In this document: piece after piece, positions 36,301 through 47,670 of the stretch | Layout of the letters: every line of letters starts with the position of its first letter | Position numbering within the stretch: the first letter of the stretch is position 1 | DNA from: Leucoraja erinacea | Lineage: Eukaryota | Assembly (NCBI RefSeq): GCF_028641065.1 | Contig: NC_073410.1 | Location: 372,001 to 436,000, forward strand | Direction of reading: 5' to 3' | Length of the DNA stretch: 64,000 nucleotides | Notes under the pieces: model-generated | Databases searched by the model: none | The model's input: the letters and a program-made list of their open reading frames with translations, nothing else | What the model was told of the DNA's origin: nothing | Translations under genes and position numbers: made by a program

Positions 36301-39300
36301 GAGCTCAGCTCAGCTGGAAAGGGGGGGTGAGGGGTGTGGGGTGGGTAAGGATATACCATGGACAGCTCAAAGGGCAAAGCTGGCGTACAGATATACCAGG
36401 GTTTCAGTTCAGAGATGCTTTGAAGTGATGTAAGCGTGAATAAAAATGCTGGAAATTTAACCCACCCAGTTTCACCATTTGAGTTTGGCACCAAGGCCCC
36501 CCTTTACAATAACCCTTCTGGCATTTACGGGGATGTCAGTGTGAGTTGGTCTGATCAGGAGATGGCCAGCTGTCTGGGTGAAATTCCACTCGGGGACAAA
36601 GGGCACAAAGGCAGCGTTGTGAGTCAAGAGAGGGAATTATTCCAGATGGAATTGAGGGCGATGTCTCCATCCCACCTATATTCTTGTCCAAATATTTCTA
36701 CGGATATGGTTAGAATGGCTTTACCACAATGCCAAACAATATCAGCTTCAGTCACCGAATGCCCATGGAGCAGAGATTCTGGACTCGCCTCATTATCAGA
36801 TTCCCCAACGTTGCAATGACTGAATCTGTTCCTGTGGCAGGGAATGTAGACAGTTCAGAGTTTCCCGGCTTGTTGTAACTTCAGCAATGTTAGTGAGCCG
36901 CTACAATTTCCACACATCCCCACCCCTGTAGTCCTGAAGTGATGCCCACTGTCCATGCTCTGGGTCCTGCTCTCTGACCACACAGCGTCAAATCTCTGTC
37001 CGCCAACCTCTGCCATTGTTATCCCTCTGTGTTGACTGTGTGAATCCCAAATGCCAGCTGTACTGAGAACACAGGAGCTAATTCTTTTTAAACCGTTTGG
37101 ATTTGTGATTTTTCTGAACATAAACTGTTTTACATAATTTCAGAAAGAAGGTAGCGACACATTTACCGCATTGACTTCTCCCCGGCACAGGCACAGAGCC
37201 TGGCTACTTGACGGCTTTGGGAATGGCCTTGACATACTGCGGAACTCCGGATGCAGTGCGGACTCTCAGCAGGGATGATGGATGTGACAAGTTCACACTG
37301 GCAGCCTCTCGCTGGTGAGTACTTCATTTCTGCTCTCAACCAATGATCAATAATGGCTTTTATGGCTTAATATTTAATGCGGAATGGAGAGAATCATCTT
37401 TTGTGCATGGTATTGAACCTGTTATCTCCAGCAGTGCTGGAAATGTTGGGGGAGAGGGGAGTAGCAGAGGAACTTGTTGTGATATCTTTATCAGTGGAAT
37501 ACCAATACATTAATAAAACAAACGTATAATGCTTCATATCTCACGTAGAGTGTCATCAACAAATTAATGAATAACAAACTACATTCACTGTGTTATTAAC
37601 CACTGAATTACTGCACAGCTTTCCTGTTTCACTAAACAAGTGCTCAAACATTATCATTGGTAGCTGTGCCATTTTTATTGCTATTTTCTTTGCATATAAT
37701 ATCCACTGCACTGAAACTCCTTTGATTTTAGTTTTGGAATCTACCGAACCTGAATAAACTTGTGGATTTGATCCCATTGATAATGTTTCTGCATTATCTC
37801 AGAGTGGTGTGTACCCGCTAATAATACAATTGTGACATAAACAGCAGGCCAGACAGAGATTGGTTCATTGGTGTTAGGTGTACATAGGTACAGTGAAATA
37901 CTTTGGTTTGCAAGTTATCCAGGCAGATCATATATACACCAGATGGTACAACATAGAAAATAAACAGTGTGCAGAATGCAATCTTACAGCTACAGAGTAA
38001 GAGCACATTTTTTTTAAAGTGCAAGTGCAGCAGCGGGTTGATTGGGAGATCTGGCATTCATTGTTAGCTTATGAGAGGTCTGTTCAAATGTCTGAATACA
38101 GAGGTGAAGAAACTGTCCTTGAATCTGGTGGTTCATGCTTTTAACCTTTTGCAGCTTGTGGCTGGTGGGAGAGAAGATAAGAGGGAATGACTGTGCATTG
38201 TTCAGAGTGATACCATTGCCCCTGCTATGTCTATGCTCACCTAATCTATCTCCTTGTATTATCTCATCAGTTAATGCTGATCACCATGTGAATGACCGCT
38301 AAGACACCAGTCACTCACAATCCCCACAGATGGAATATAAGGGGGTAAGCGCTGTACCTGTGGGCTGGACCTCTATTACTGCTCTGCATTTTGCCATTTC
38401 CAAATACAGGAATTTAAAGATTCTCCACCTGAAGTGTCGGGGTGAAGTGGATGTACTCGGACTGGTGGGAAGATATCATCTCTGCTAGGACAGTTTGTTC
38501 TGATCCTTGCTCAAGCAGATAATCAGCTGACTGAAGCAATGGGGAATACTTGCACCATCGGAGACTCCAGATACTCACTCATTGTTCTTGTGCAGAGAGT
38601 GGAACACAAGAACAAAATACAGACCGTGGGTCAGGCATGATCTGTGGAGGCAAATGGATGACCCTTCTTCAGAAACAGGAAAATGTCTCTTGTTTTCTGG
38701 ATAAATCAATGGACTTTCATGAGGTTTGCATGTGGAGTGAAATTGGAGGGGGAGTGTATGGGGCGTGCTTTGGGAAGGTAGGTGGAATAAGCATATGGCC
38801 AGGATTAGTGTAACATGGGCACTTGATGGTTGGCAAAGGCCCTGTTTCTATACTCGATACTGATTCTAATAAATAGTAGCTACTAGTTTAGAGCACCATG
38901 TTGTGGGTTGGTCTTTAGATCAGGATATTTGTGCATACGTGCAGGGATTGTAAGCGTACTGTGCATGCATGCATGTGTGTGTGTTGTGTGTGCATTGTGT
39001 GTACGTGTGNNNNNNNNNNNNNNNNNNNNNNNNNNNNNNNNNNNNNNNNNNNNNNNNNNNNNNNNNNNNNNNNNNNNNNNNNNNNNNNNNNNNNNNNNNN
39101 NNNNNNNNNNNNNNNNNNNNNNNNNNNNNNNNNNNNNNNNNNNNNNNNNNNNNNNNNNNNNNNNNNNNNNNNNNNNNNNNNNNNNNNNNNNNNNNNNNNN
39201 NNNNNNNNNNNNNNNNNNNNNNNNNNNNNNNNNNNNNNNNNNNNNNNNNNNNNNNNNNNNNNNNNNNNNNNNNNNNNNNNNNNNNNTATAACTTCCTAAG

Positions 39301-39544
39301 GTGATTTCCAGGGTTTGGGATGGCATGCCACTGTGTGGGCCAATGTGGTTCAGCGATTACAGGCCGTTCTTTATGCAGCTCAGTAAGGTCATGCTGGCAT
39401 CAGTCTGAAGAATGGTCCTGACCAAAGTGTTGCCTCCACAGATACTGCCTGGCTTTGAGCTCAGTGGTTACTTACCAAGTGAGGTGTCCAGGTGCCCAGT
39501 CAGAAGATCAGTGACTTGAGTTCTAATCCTGCCATGGTATGTTG

Positions 39545-41030
39545 GATTTACAAGGATGTTGCCAGGACTGGGACTTTATTCCTTGGAGAGCAGGAAGATG
39601 AGGGGTGATCCTACAGAGTGTATTAAATCATACGGGGAATAGATAAGGTGAATGCACAGTTCTTTATCCAGAGTTGGTGAATCAAGAACCAGAGGACATA
39701 TGTTTCAGGTGAGGGGAAAGATTTAATAGAATTCTGAGGGGCAGCTTTTCTTGCTGTGTGGTGGTGGGTGGATGAATCGAACTGCCACAGGAGGTAGATG
39801 AGGCAGGTAGGTGAGGCAGGCGGGTGAGGCAGGTAGATGAGGCAGGTAGGTGAGGCACAGGAGGCAGGTGAGGCAGGCAGGTGAGGCAGGCAGGTGAGGC
39901 AGGTGGTTGAGGCAGGTAGGTGAGGCAGGCAGGCAGGTGAGGCAGGCAGGTGAGGCAGGTGGTTGAGGCAGGCAGGTGAGGCAGGCAGGTAGATGAGGCA
40001 GGCAGGTGAGGGAGGTAGATGAGGCAGGCAGGTAGATGAGGCAGGCAGGTGAGGCAGGCAGGTGAGGGCAGGCAGGTGAGGCAGGTGAGGCAGGTGGGTG
40101 AGGCAGGCAGGTGAGGCAGGTAGGTGAGGCAGGCAGGTGAGGCAGGCAGGTGAGGGAGGTAGATGAGGGCAGGCAGGTAGATGAGGCAGGCAGGCAGGTG
40201 AGGCAGGCAGGTAGATGAGGCAGGTGGTTGAGGCAGGCAGGTGAGGCAGGCAGGTGAGGCAGGCAGGTGAGGCAGGCAGGTGAGGCAGGTAGGTGAGGCA
40301 GGCAGGTGAGGCAGGCAGGTGAGGGAGGTAGATGAGGCAGGCAGGTAGATGAGGCAGGTGGTTGAGGCAGGCAGGTGAGGCAGGCAGGTGAGGCAGGCAG
40401 GTGAGGCAGGCAGGTGAGGCAGGCAGGTGGTTGAGGCAGGTGGTTGAGGCAGGCAGGTGAGGCAGGCAGGTGAGGGAGGAAGGTGAGGCAGGCAGATGAG
40501 GCAGGCAGGCGGGTGAGGCAGGCAGGAGAGGCAGGCGGGAGAGGCAGGTGGGGGAGGCAGGCAGGTGAGGCAGGCAGGTGGTTGAGGCAGGTGGTTGAGG
40601 CAGGCAGGTGAGGCAGGCAGGTGAGGCAGGTAGGTGAGGCAGGTAGATGAGGCAGGCAGGTGAGGCAGGCAGGTGAGGCAGGTAGGTGAGGCAGGTGGTT
40701 GAGGCAGGCAGGTGAGGCAGGCAGGTGGTTGAGGGCAGGCAGGTGAGGCAGGTAGGTGAGGCAGGTAGGTGAGGCAGGCAGGTGAGGCAGGCAGGTGAGG
40801 GAGGTAGATGAGGCAGGTAGATGAGGCAGGCAGGTGAGGCAGGCAGGTGAGGCAGGCAGGTGAGGCAGGCAGGTGAGGCAGGCAGGTGAGGCAGGCAGAT
40901 GAGGCAGGCAGATGAGGCAGGCAGGTGAGGCAGGCAGGTGAGGCAGGCAGGTGAGGCAGGTAGATGAGGCAGGCAGGCAGGTGAGGCAGATACTATAACA
41001 TTAAAACAAACATTTGGACAGGTACAATTG
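39545..41030 (+). mobile_element. CR1-like LINE 3' fragment interrupted by a minisatellite
   Basis: TTTACAAGGATGTTGCCAGGACTG...AGAACCAGAGGACATA... before the repeat, and ACTATAACATT..AAACATTTGGACAGGTACA after it. Confidence 0.7.
39791..40989 (+). repeat. ~1.2-kb minisatellite (GAGGCAGGCAGGT)n with GGTA/GATG/GGTT variants
   Basis: Direct tandem repetition. It explains the spurious ORF 39623-41056 (CLPHLPASPA). Confidence 0.95.
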
Positions 41031-41439
41031 ATCAATGTACTGTGGAATAGATTCACATCATGGTTCAGGATGCTGTAGGTTCTCCCTCTAATGCTGAGCT
41101 TATTTTAGACACTGTATATTCAGCAGAATGGGGAACGTTCGATCTCTCTCAGTTCCACCAGACGTTTAGAAGATATCTATTCACTTGCTTGCAGTATTTA
41201 TTTCTGATGACAGAGGAAATATAGATCATTGCGCAACTAAACCAGTAAGTGTGTGTCCCTGCAGTGAAGGGTTGTGGTGCAGAGGGACCCATGAGCTGAG
41301 TGGATGAGATGGGAAGTGTTCGGGGGAGGGGTGGGGGGGGGGGGGGGGAAGCTCACGTATACTGATCAGATGTACATTGGAAGTCGCAGACCACACACCA
41401 ATTAAGGACCAGGCTTTATACACCGCTATAAGACCACTC

Positions 41440-41853
41440 GCTAGAATTTAGAAGATAGAGAGGGGATCTTATAGAAACTTACAACATTCTTATGGGGTTG
41501 GACAGGCTAGATGCAGGAAGATTGTTCCCAATGTTGGGGAAGTCCAGGACAAGGGGTCACAGTTTAAGGATAAAGGGGAAATCATTTAGAACTGAGATGA
41601 GAAAAACATTTTTCACACAGAGAGTGGTGAATCTCTGGAATTCTCTGCCACAGAAGGTAGTTGAGGCCAGTTCATTGGCTATATTTAAGAGGGAGTTAGA
41701 TGTGGCCCTTGTGGCTAAAGGGATCAGGGGGTTTGGAGAGAAGGCAGGTACATGATACTGAGTTGGATGATCAGCCATGATCATATTGAATGGCGGTGCA
41801 GGCTCGAAGGGCCGAATGGCCTCTACTCCTGCATCTATTGTCTATGTTTCTAT
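41440..41853 (+). mobile_element. Well-preserved CR1-like LINE 3' end
   Basis: ORF GLDRLDAGRLFPMLGKSRTRGHSLRIKGKSFRTEMRKTFFTQRVVNLWNSLP, and a 3' tail CTATTGTCTATGTTTCTAT. Confidence 0.9.
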
Positions 41854-41922
41854 CCCTCCTTCAATTCAGACACGTTTTAAATTTGCTTTCCATTGTAAAT
41901 CACCCATCAGATGGGGCATAAT

Positions 41923-42208
41923 GGCGGCGCGGTGGCGCAGCGGTTGAGTTGCCGCCTTAAAGCGCCGGAGGTCCGGGTTCGATCCGGACTGGCCGGAGTT
42001 TGGACATTCTCCTCGTCACCTATGTGGGTTTTCTTCGGTTTCCCCCCACAATCCAAAGCCGTGCAGGTTTGTAGGTTAATTGGCTTGGTATAAGTGTAAA
42101 TTGTCCCTAACGTGTTTAGGATTGTGTGAGTGTGCAGTAATACGCTGGTCGGTGTGGGCTCGGTGGGCCGAAGGGCCTATTTCTGCGCTGTATCTGAACT
42201 AAACTAAA
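41923..42208 (+). mobile_element. tRNA-derived SINE (V-SINE-like)
   Basis: Pol III A box TGGCGCAGCGG, B box GGTTCGATCC, core GGAGTTTG.ACATTCTC...TGGGTTTTC, LINE-like tail GGGCCGAAGGGCC, and an (ACTAA)n end. Confidence 0.8.
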
Positions 42209-42215
42209 GGTGAAG

Positions 42216-42868
42216 TGTTTAAGAAAGAACTGCAGATGCTGCAAAAATCAAAGGTAGACAATAAATACTGGAGAAACTCAGCGGGTGAGGCAGCATCTTT
42301 GGAGAGAAGGAATTAGCAACATCTCGGGTCGAGATCCTTCTTCTGACTGATGTCGGGGGCGGGGGGGGGGGGGGGGGCAGGAAAAAGACCACTGGCCACA
42401 TCTTCCCATCTTCTCCCCTTTCTGCTTTTCGCAGAGACCTTTCCCTCTGTAACTCCATGGTCAATTTGTCCCTTCCCACCCAAACCTCCCCCTCCCTGGG
42501 TACTTTCCTCTGCAACCGCAGGAAATGCAACAATTTTCCCTTTACCTCCCCCACAACTCCATCCAAGGACCAAATCCGTCTTTCCAGGTGAGGCAGAGGT
42601 TCATCTGCACCTCCTCCAACCTCATCTACTGCATCCGCGTTGGCGAGACCAAGCGCAGGCTCACTGAACATCTCCGCTCAGTCCGTCTTAACGTACCTGA
42701 TCGTTCGGTTGCTCAACACTTCAACTCCCCCTCCCATTCCCACTCTGATCTTTCTGTCCTTGGCCTCCTCCACTGTCAGAGTGAGGCCCAGCACAAATTG
42801 GAGGAACAGCACCATCATATTTCGCTTGTGTAGTTTACACCCCAGCGGTATGAACATTGACTTCCCCA
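42216..42868 (+). mobile_element. Penelope-like element with inverted 5' pLTR + GIY-YIG remnant
   Basis: Inverted pLTR at 42216-42350. ORF FQVRQRFICTSSNLIYCIRVGETKRRLTEHL...VAQHFNSPSHS. Confidence 0.8.
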
Positions 42869-44275
42869 ATGGGGGGGTTGTGGGAGGATGGTGGTTGTGG
42901 AGATGGGGGGGGCTGGGGGGGGGGGGGGGATTGGGGAAATCCCTCTTCTCCCAGACTGGGGTGGGCCATGGGGTTCCCTAGTCACAAAGCCCACAACGGG
43001 TTGGGATCGATAGACGATCGGAGACCCAGCCACGTAGTGGAGCTGTGGGCATGGTACACCTGTCATCGCCACAGAACACACAAGCCCTCTCTCACTCTGT
43101 CCTTNNNNNNNNNNNNNNNNNNNNNNNNNNNNNNNNNNNNNNNNNNNNNNNNNNNNNNNNNNNNNNNNNNNNNNNNNNNNNNNNNNNNNNNNNNNNNNNN
43201 NNNNNNNNNNNNNNNNNNNNNNNNNNNNNNNNNNNNNNNNNNNNNNNNNNNNNNNNNNNNNNNNNNNNNNNNNNNNNNNNNNNNNNNNNNNNNNNNNNNN
43301 NNNNNNNNNNNNNNNNNNNNNNNNNNNNNNNNNNNNNNNNNNNNNNNNNNNNNNNNNNNNNNNNNNNNNNNNNNNNNNNNNNNNNNNNNNNNNNNNNNNN
43401 NNNNNNNNNNNNNNNNNNNNNNNNNNNNNNNNNNNNNNNNNNNNNNNNNNNNNNNNNNNNNNNNNNNNNNNNNNNNNNNNNNNNNNNNNNNNNNNNNNNN
43501 NNNNNNNNTCTCATCTCTCTGTCTCAACTCTGCGCCCACTCACTCGTTCTCTATCGCTCTCGCTCTCTCGCTCCCGTTCTTCCACCCAGTCCATCCTCAC
43601 GTTGCGTTGCATCAGGAGAGCTGCAAGTATCGTCAACAATGCCCCTTGTGGGTGAGGATGCAGGAGCTGGGAAGCCACACGGCCATCAGACTCCTGATCC
43701 AACCGTGTGGTGCTGCATACAGCGACCTTTAACTCTACGTCATTAGTTATTCACTTATTGTGCTTTAATATTAATTTTGCACGACTTCAGATTTACTACA
43801 GCCCTGCCCCATTGTGCTGGTGTTCACTCGCTGTTGTGTTTATCATTCATGTGAACAAGGAATCTCGCTGCAGCCTGGTGCATAAAACAGGAAGTTGCTC
43901 TAACCCAGACTGTGATTCACTGTGTTAATTGTTGCATCTGCTGTAGTGTCGAGGTTGCATTAAGTCAAAGCCCAGGCAACAAAATATCCAGCGTGTATTT
44001 GGATGAAGATTGTATTTACTTGGTGCTTTTGATATAATTCCCTTCCAAAGCAGAGTTCTCAAACGAAACCCCCAGCAATATGAGATGAGGTTTGGGTGAA
44101 AACTGAATAGAAAGGGAGAGATTTCAAACACCAACTAAAAGGAGGAGAGGGGGGGGGGGGGAGAGATGGAGAAATGACCGTTGCAGGTGGGATGATTAAA
44201 TGTGAAGGTAGCCCGAGTCACTGGTTCACATAAATGAATCGTGTTAAACAGGTCTGGTTTCTCGGACAAAGTGCA

Positions 44276-44289
44276 TTTATTTATTTATT
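44276..44289 (-). terminator. Likely polyA signal cluster of neurofilament-like gene B
   Basis: Overlapping AATAAA hexamers on the minus strand ~365 nt past the stop at 44651. Confidence 0.6.
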
Positions 44290-44650
44290 TGTGGTTGGCA
44301 AGTTGATAGTTCTTTGTTGGTTGATTGTATTTGTGGCAACAGTTGGTAGAGCAGTTCATCAAAAGTGTCAAAATCCAAATACACAATGTGCATGTACTGC
44401 AATAGATTAATAGCAACAAAACAAATATTATGCTGTGTTTAGTATCGTTAAATCTACTCGTCAAAGTCCAAGCACCCCATGGCAAATGTTTAGTTGTGCA
44501 ATTATTCATGCATTAAATTAAAACTAAAATTATTCCCCTGAGAAATTCTCACACTTCCCGTTGGACGATCATGATCTGGAAATTCTGCAGTGCCCGCTCT
44601 GCTGTGAAACATGCATTTCTATCATCGAAGAACTAATGCTGCCTCAGTCT

Positions 44651-47600
44651 TCATTTACTTTCCTTGGCGGCACTCTCTGGGTCTGCTGTGGCCACTGTTA
44701 CCACCGTCGTCATATCCTCATTCACTGTGCGGGTGATGGAGACTTTAGATATCGTCGTGTGCTCAGTTGTCTTCTCTGTGATCTTCTGAACGACCTCTGG
44801 GGTATTTGGCATCTTCTTATCAATTTCAGCTTCACTTTCTTCATTATCCATGTTGATGTCCAACCCATTTATGATGGCCACTGAGTCCTTGTCCCCAGAC
44901 GGCGGGCTCTTGTCCCCTGACTGTGTAACCTTGTCTCCCGACTGTAGCCCTTTGTCTCCAGGCTGTGGGCTCCTGTCTCCTGACCCTGGGACCCTCTCCC
45001 CAGACTGTGTTTGTTTGTCCCCAAATGGTTGGACCTTCTCCGCCGATAGTGGACTCTTGTCCCCCGATAGTGGACCCTTGTCCCCCGATAGTGGACCCTT
45101 GTCCCCCGATAGTGGACCCTTGTCCCCCGATAGTGGACTCTTGTCCCCAGACTGTGGACCCTTGTCCCCCGATAGTGGACTCTTGTCCCCCGATGGACCC
45201 TTGTCCCCCGATAGTGGACTCTTGTCCCCCGATAGTGGACCCTTGTCCCCCGATAGTGGACTCTTGTCCCCCGATAGTTGGACCCTTGTCCCCCGATAGT
45301 GGACTCTTGTCCCCCGATAGTGGACCCTTGTCCTCAGACTGAGTCTTGTCCCCCAATAGTGGACCCTTGTCCCCTGATAGTGGACCCTTGTCCCCCGATA
45401 GTGGACCCTTGTCCCCCGATAGTGGACTCTTGTCCCCGGATAGTGGACTCTTGTCCCCTGATGGTCCCCCGATAGTGGACTCTTGTCCCCCGATAGTGGA
45501 CTCTTGTCCGCCGATGGTGGACTCTTGTCCGCCGATGGTTCCTTCTCGTCCCCCGATGGTGGACTCTTCTCCCACGATAGTGGCCTCTTGTCCGCAGATT
45601 GAGTCTTGTCCCCCGATAGTGGACTCTTGTCCCCCGATAGTGGACTCTTGTCCCCCGATAGTGGACCCTTGTCCCCCGATAGTGGACTCTTGTCCCCCTG
45701 ATTGTGGACTCTTGTCCTCAGACTGAGTCTTGTCCCCCAATAGTGGACTCTTGTCCCCAGATTGTGGTCCCTTGTCCCCCGATAGTGGACCCTTGTCCCC
45801 CGATAGTGGACCCTTGTCCCCCGATAGTGGACTCTTGTCCCCTGATTGTGGACTCTTGTCCCCTGATTGTTGGTCCTTGTCCCCAGATTGTGGGCTCTTG
45901 TCCCCAGATTGTTGGTCCTTGTCCCCAGATTGTGGGCTCTTGTCCCCTGATTGTGGGCTCTTGTCCCCTGATTGTGGGCTCTTGTCCCCCGATAGTGGAC
46001 CCTTGTCCCCCGATAGTGGACTCTTGTCCCCTGATAGTGGACTCTTGTCCCCCAATAGTGGACCCTTGTCCCCCGATTGTTGGTCCTTGTCCCCAGACTG
46101 ACTCTTGTCCCCAGACTGTGGACCCTTGTCCCCTGATTGTTGGTCCTTGTCCCCAGACTGACTCTTGTCCCCAGACTGTGGACCCTTGTCCCCAGACTGT
46201 GGACCCTTGTCCCCCGATAGTGGACTCTTGTCCCCAGACTGTGGACTCTTGTCCCCAGATTGTTGGACCTTCTCCCCCGATAGTGGACCCTTGTCCCCAG
46301 ACTGTGGACTCTTGTCCCCAGATTGTTGGTCCTTGTCCCCAGATTGTTGGTCCTTGTCCCCAGATTGTTGGTCCTTGTCCCCAGATTGTTGGTCCTTGCT
46401 TCTGGGAGTTTCAGCTACCTTTTTTTCTTCCACTCTTTCTACTGAGATTTTCTCTACATTTTCTTCACTTTCTCCTTTCTCTTTCTCACTCTGTTCTTCC
46501 TTTGTTTCTCCTTTCTCTTGACTGCCTTCGTTCCCCTCCTTGGAGACAGAGAGTTTCTTGCTGCCTTCTATCTGATGCTGCGGTTTCTCCACTTGCCCAA
46601 TCACCTCAGGCCTTGTTATCTCTTCCCTTGTTTCAACTTTAGCTTTCTGGCTTTCGCTTTCTTTTGCTAATATTCGGGGAGCAGTTTCTCTCTCGTCTCC
46701 TCGTGATTCCTCTTTTGCTTTCTCCACTTTATCCTCTTTCTTATCACCTTCACTTTCCCCTCTGACTTCAGACGCAACAGTTGTTTTTTGCTTCATTACT
46801 TTCAACTCCTCCTGCTGTTGATGTACTCGCTCTTCACTCTGTCGCTTGCCGCTTCTTTCCTCTTTACGCTGACTTCCCTCCATCACTCCTTGTTTAACAC
46901 TCTCGGTTTTATCGCTTGTGCTAACTTCTTCAGCCGCTGCTTTTGTTTCTGTTGCTTCCTGCTCATTAGACACTGTGATTCCTGCAATATCTTCTCTCTC
47001 TGCTTTTCTTTCTGACGGTTTTTCCTCGTCGACGTCTTTCCCCTCGGTAAGACTTTGCTCTTCAGACGGTTCAATTGATTTACCAATTTCTTCACTTTCC
47101 AACGCGTTTCCCTCTTTGCTTTCTCCCTCTCTAACCTCCTCTTCACTACCTGCAGTCTCCTCCTCCACTATCCCTCCCTCCGCCTGGACAGCGCTGTCAT
47201 CTACTCCACTCTCTTTCCCACATTTGCTTTCTGTTATACCCGCGTCACTCTCTGCTCCAGATGTAGTGACTTTCTCCTCAGGTTCGTTACTCTCGATGCC
47301 GCCTTCCTCTGCGCTGTCTTCCTTAGTTTCACTGCTCCTCTCGGCCTCCTCTTCATCCGAGGCTTCGGCTGTGGTTGCCTCGTCCTCCGGCCTGGTTGAC
47401 CATTCCTCGTCCACTCCATCCCCAGACCCGTCCTCAGACATGACTCTCAGCCCAGAGGCTTCCAGCTCGTCCATGTCGACCTCTTTGGTTGTTTCACTGA
47501 TAATTTCTTCCACAAACTTGTACCGAGGGGCTGTCTTGGTGGGAGTGCCCTGCGCGCTGGCCGGGGCGTAGATGGAATGAGTCAGCGATTGAGTCTGTCT

Positions 47601-47670
47601 GTACGTGTAGGAAGGGGCGACGCTGCAACCCATGGAACCAAACCATGTCTCCTCGCCTTCCAGTAGTTTC
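44651..47670 (-). CDS. Gene B exon 3 (~3 kb tail exon)
   Basis: ATGAAG| acceptor. In frame with ORF 44844-47633. After correcting the repeat frameshifts it runs [14 protein letters not shown]...AAKESK* (ORF 44651-44881). Confidence 0.85.

Noticed and set aside
36345-36370. ACCATGGACAGC resembling an RE1/NRSE site
   Set aside because: Only the right part matches and the TTCAGC left half is missing. No canonical RE1 seen near either neurofilament gene.
39623-41056. 477-aa ORF (CLPHLPASPA repeats)
   Set aside because: It is the translation of a stop-free minisatellite inside a LINE remnant, with no gene features.
41923-41990. tRNA-like A/B boxes
   Set aside because: They are the head of a SINE, not a full cloverleaf tRNA.
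44850-46642. (LSPDSG)n and (CPPIVD)n + strand ORFs
   Set aside because: Antisense frames of the 21-bp coding repeat.
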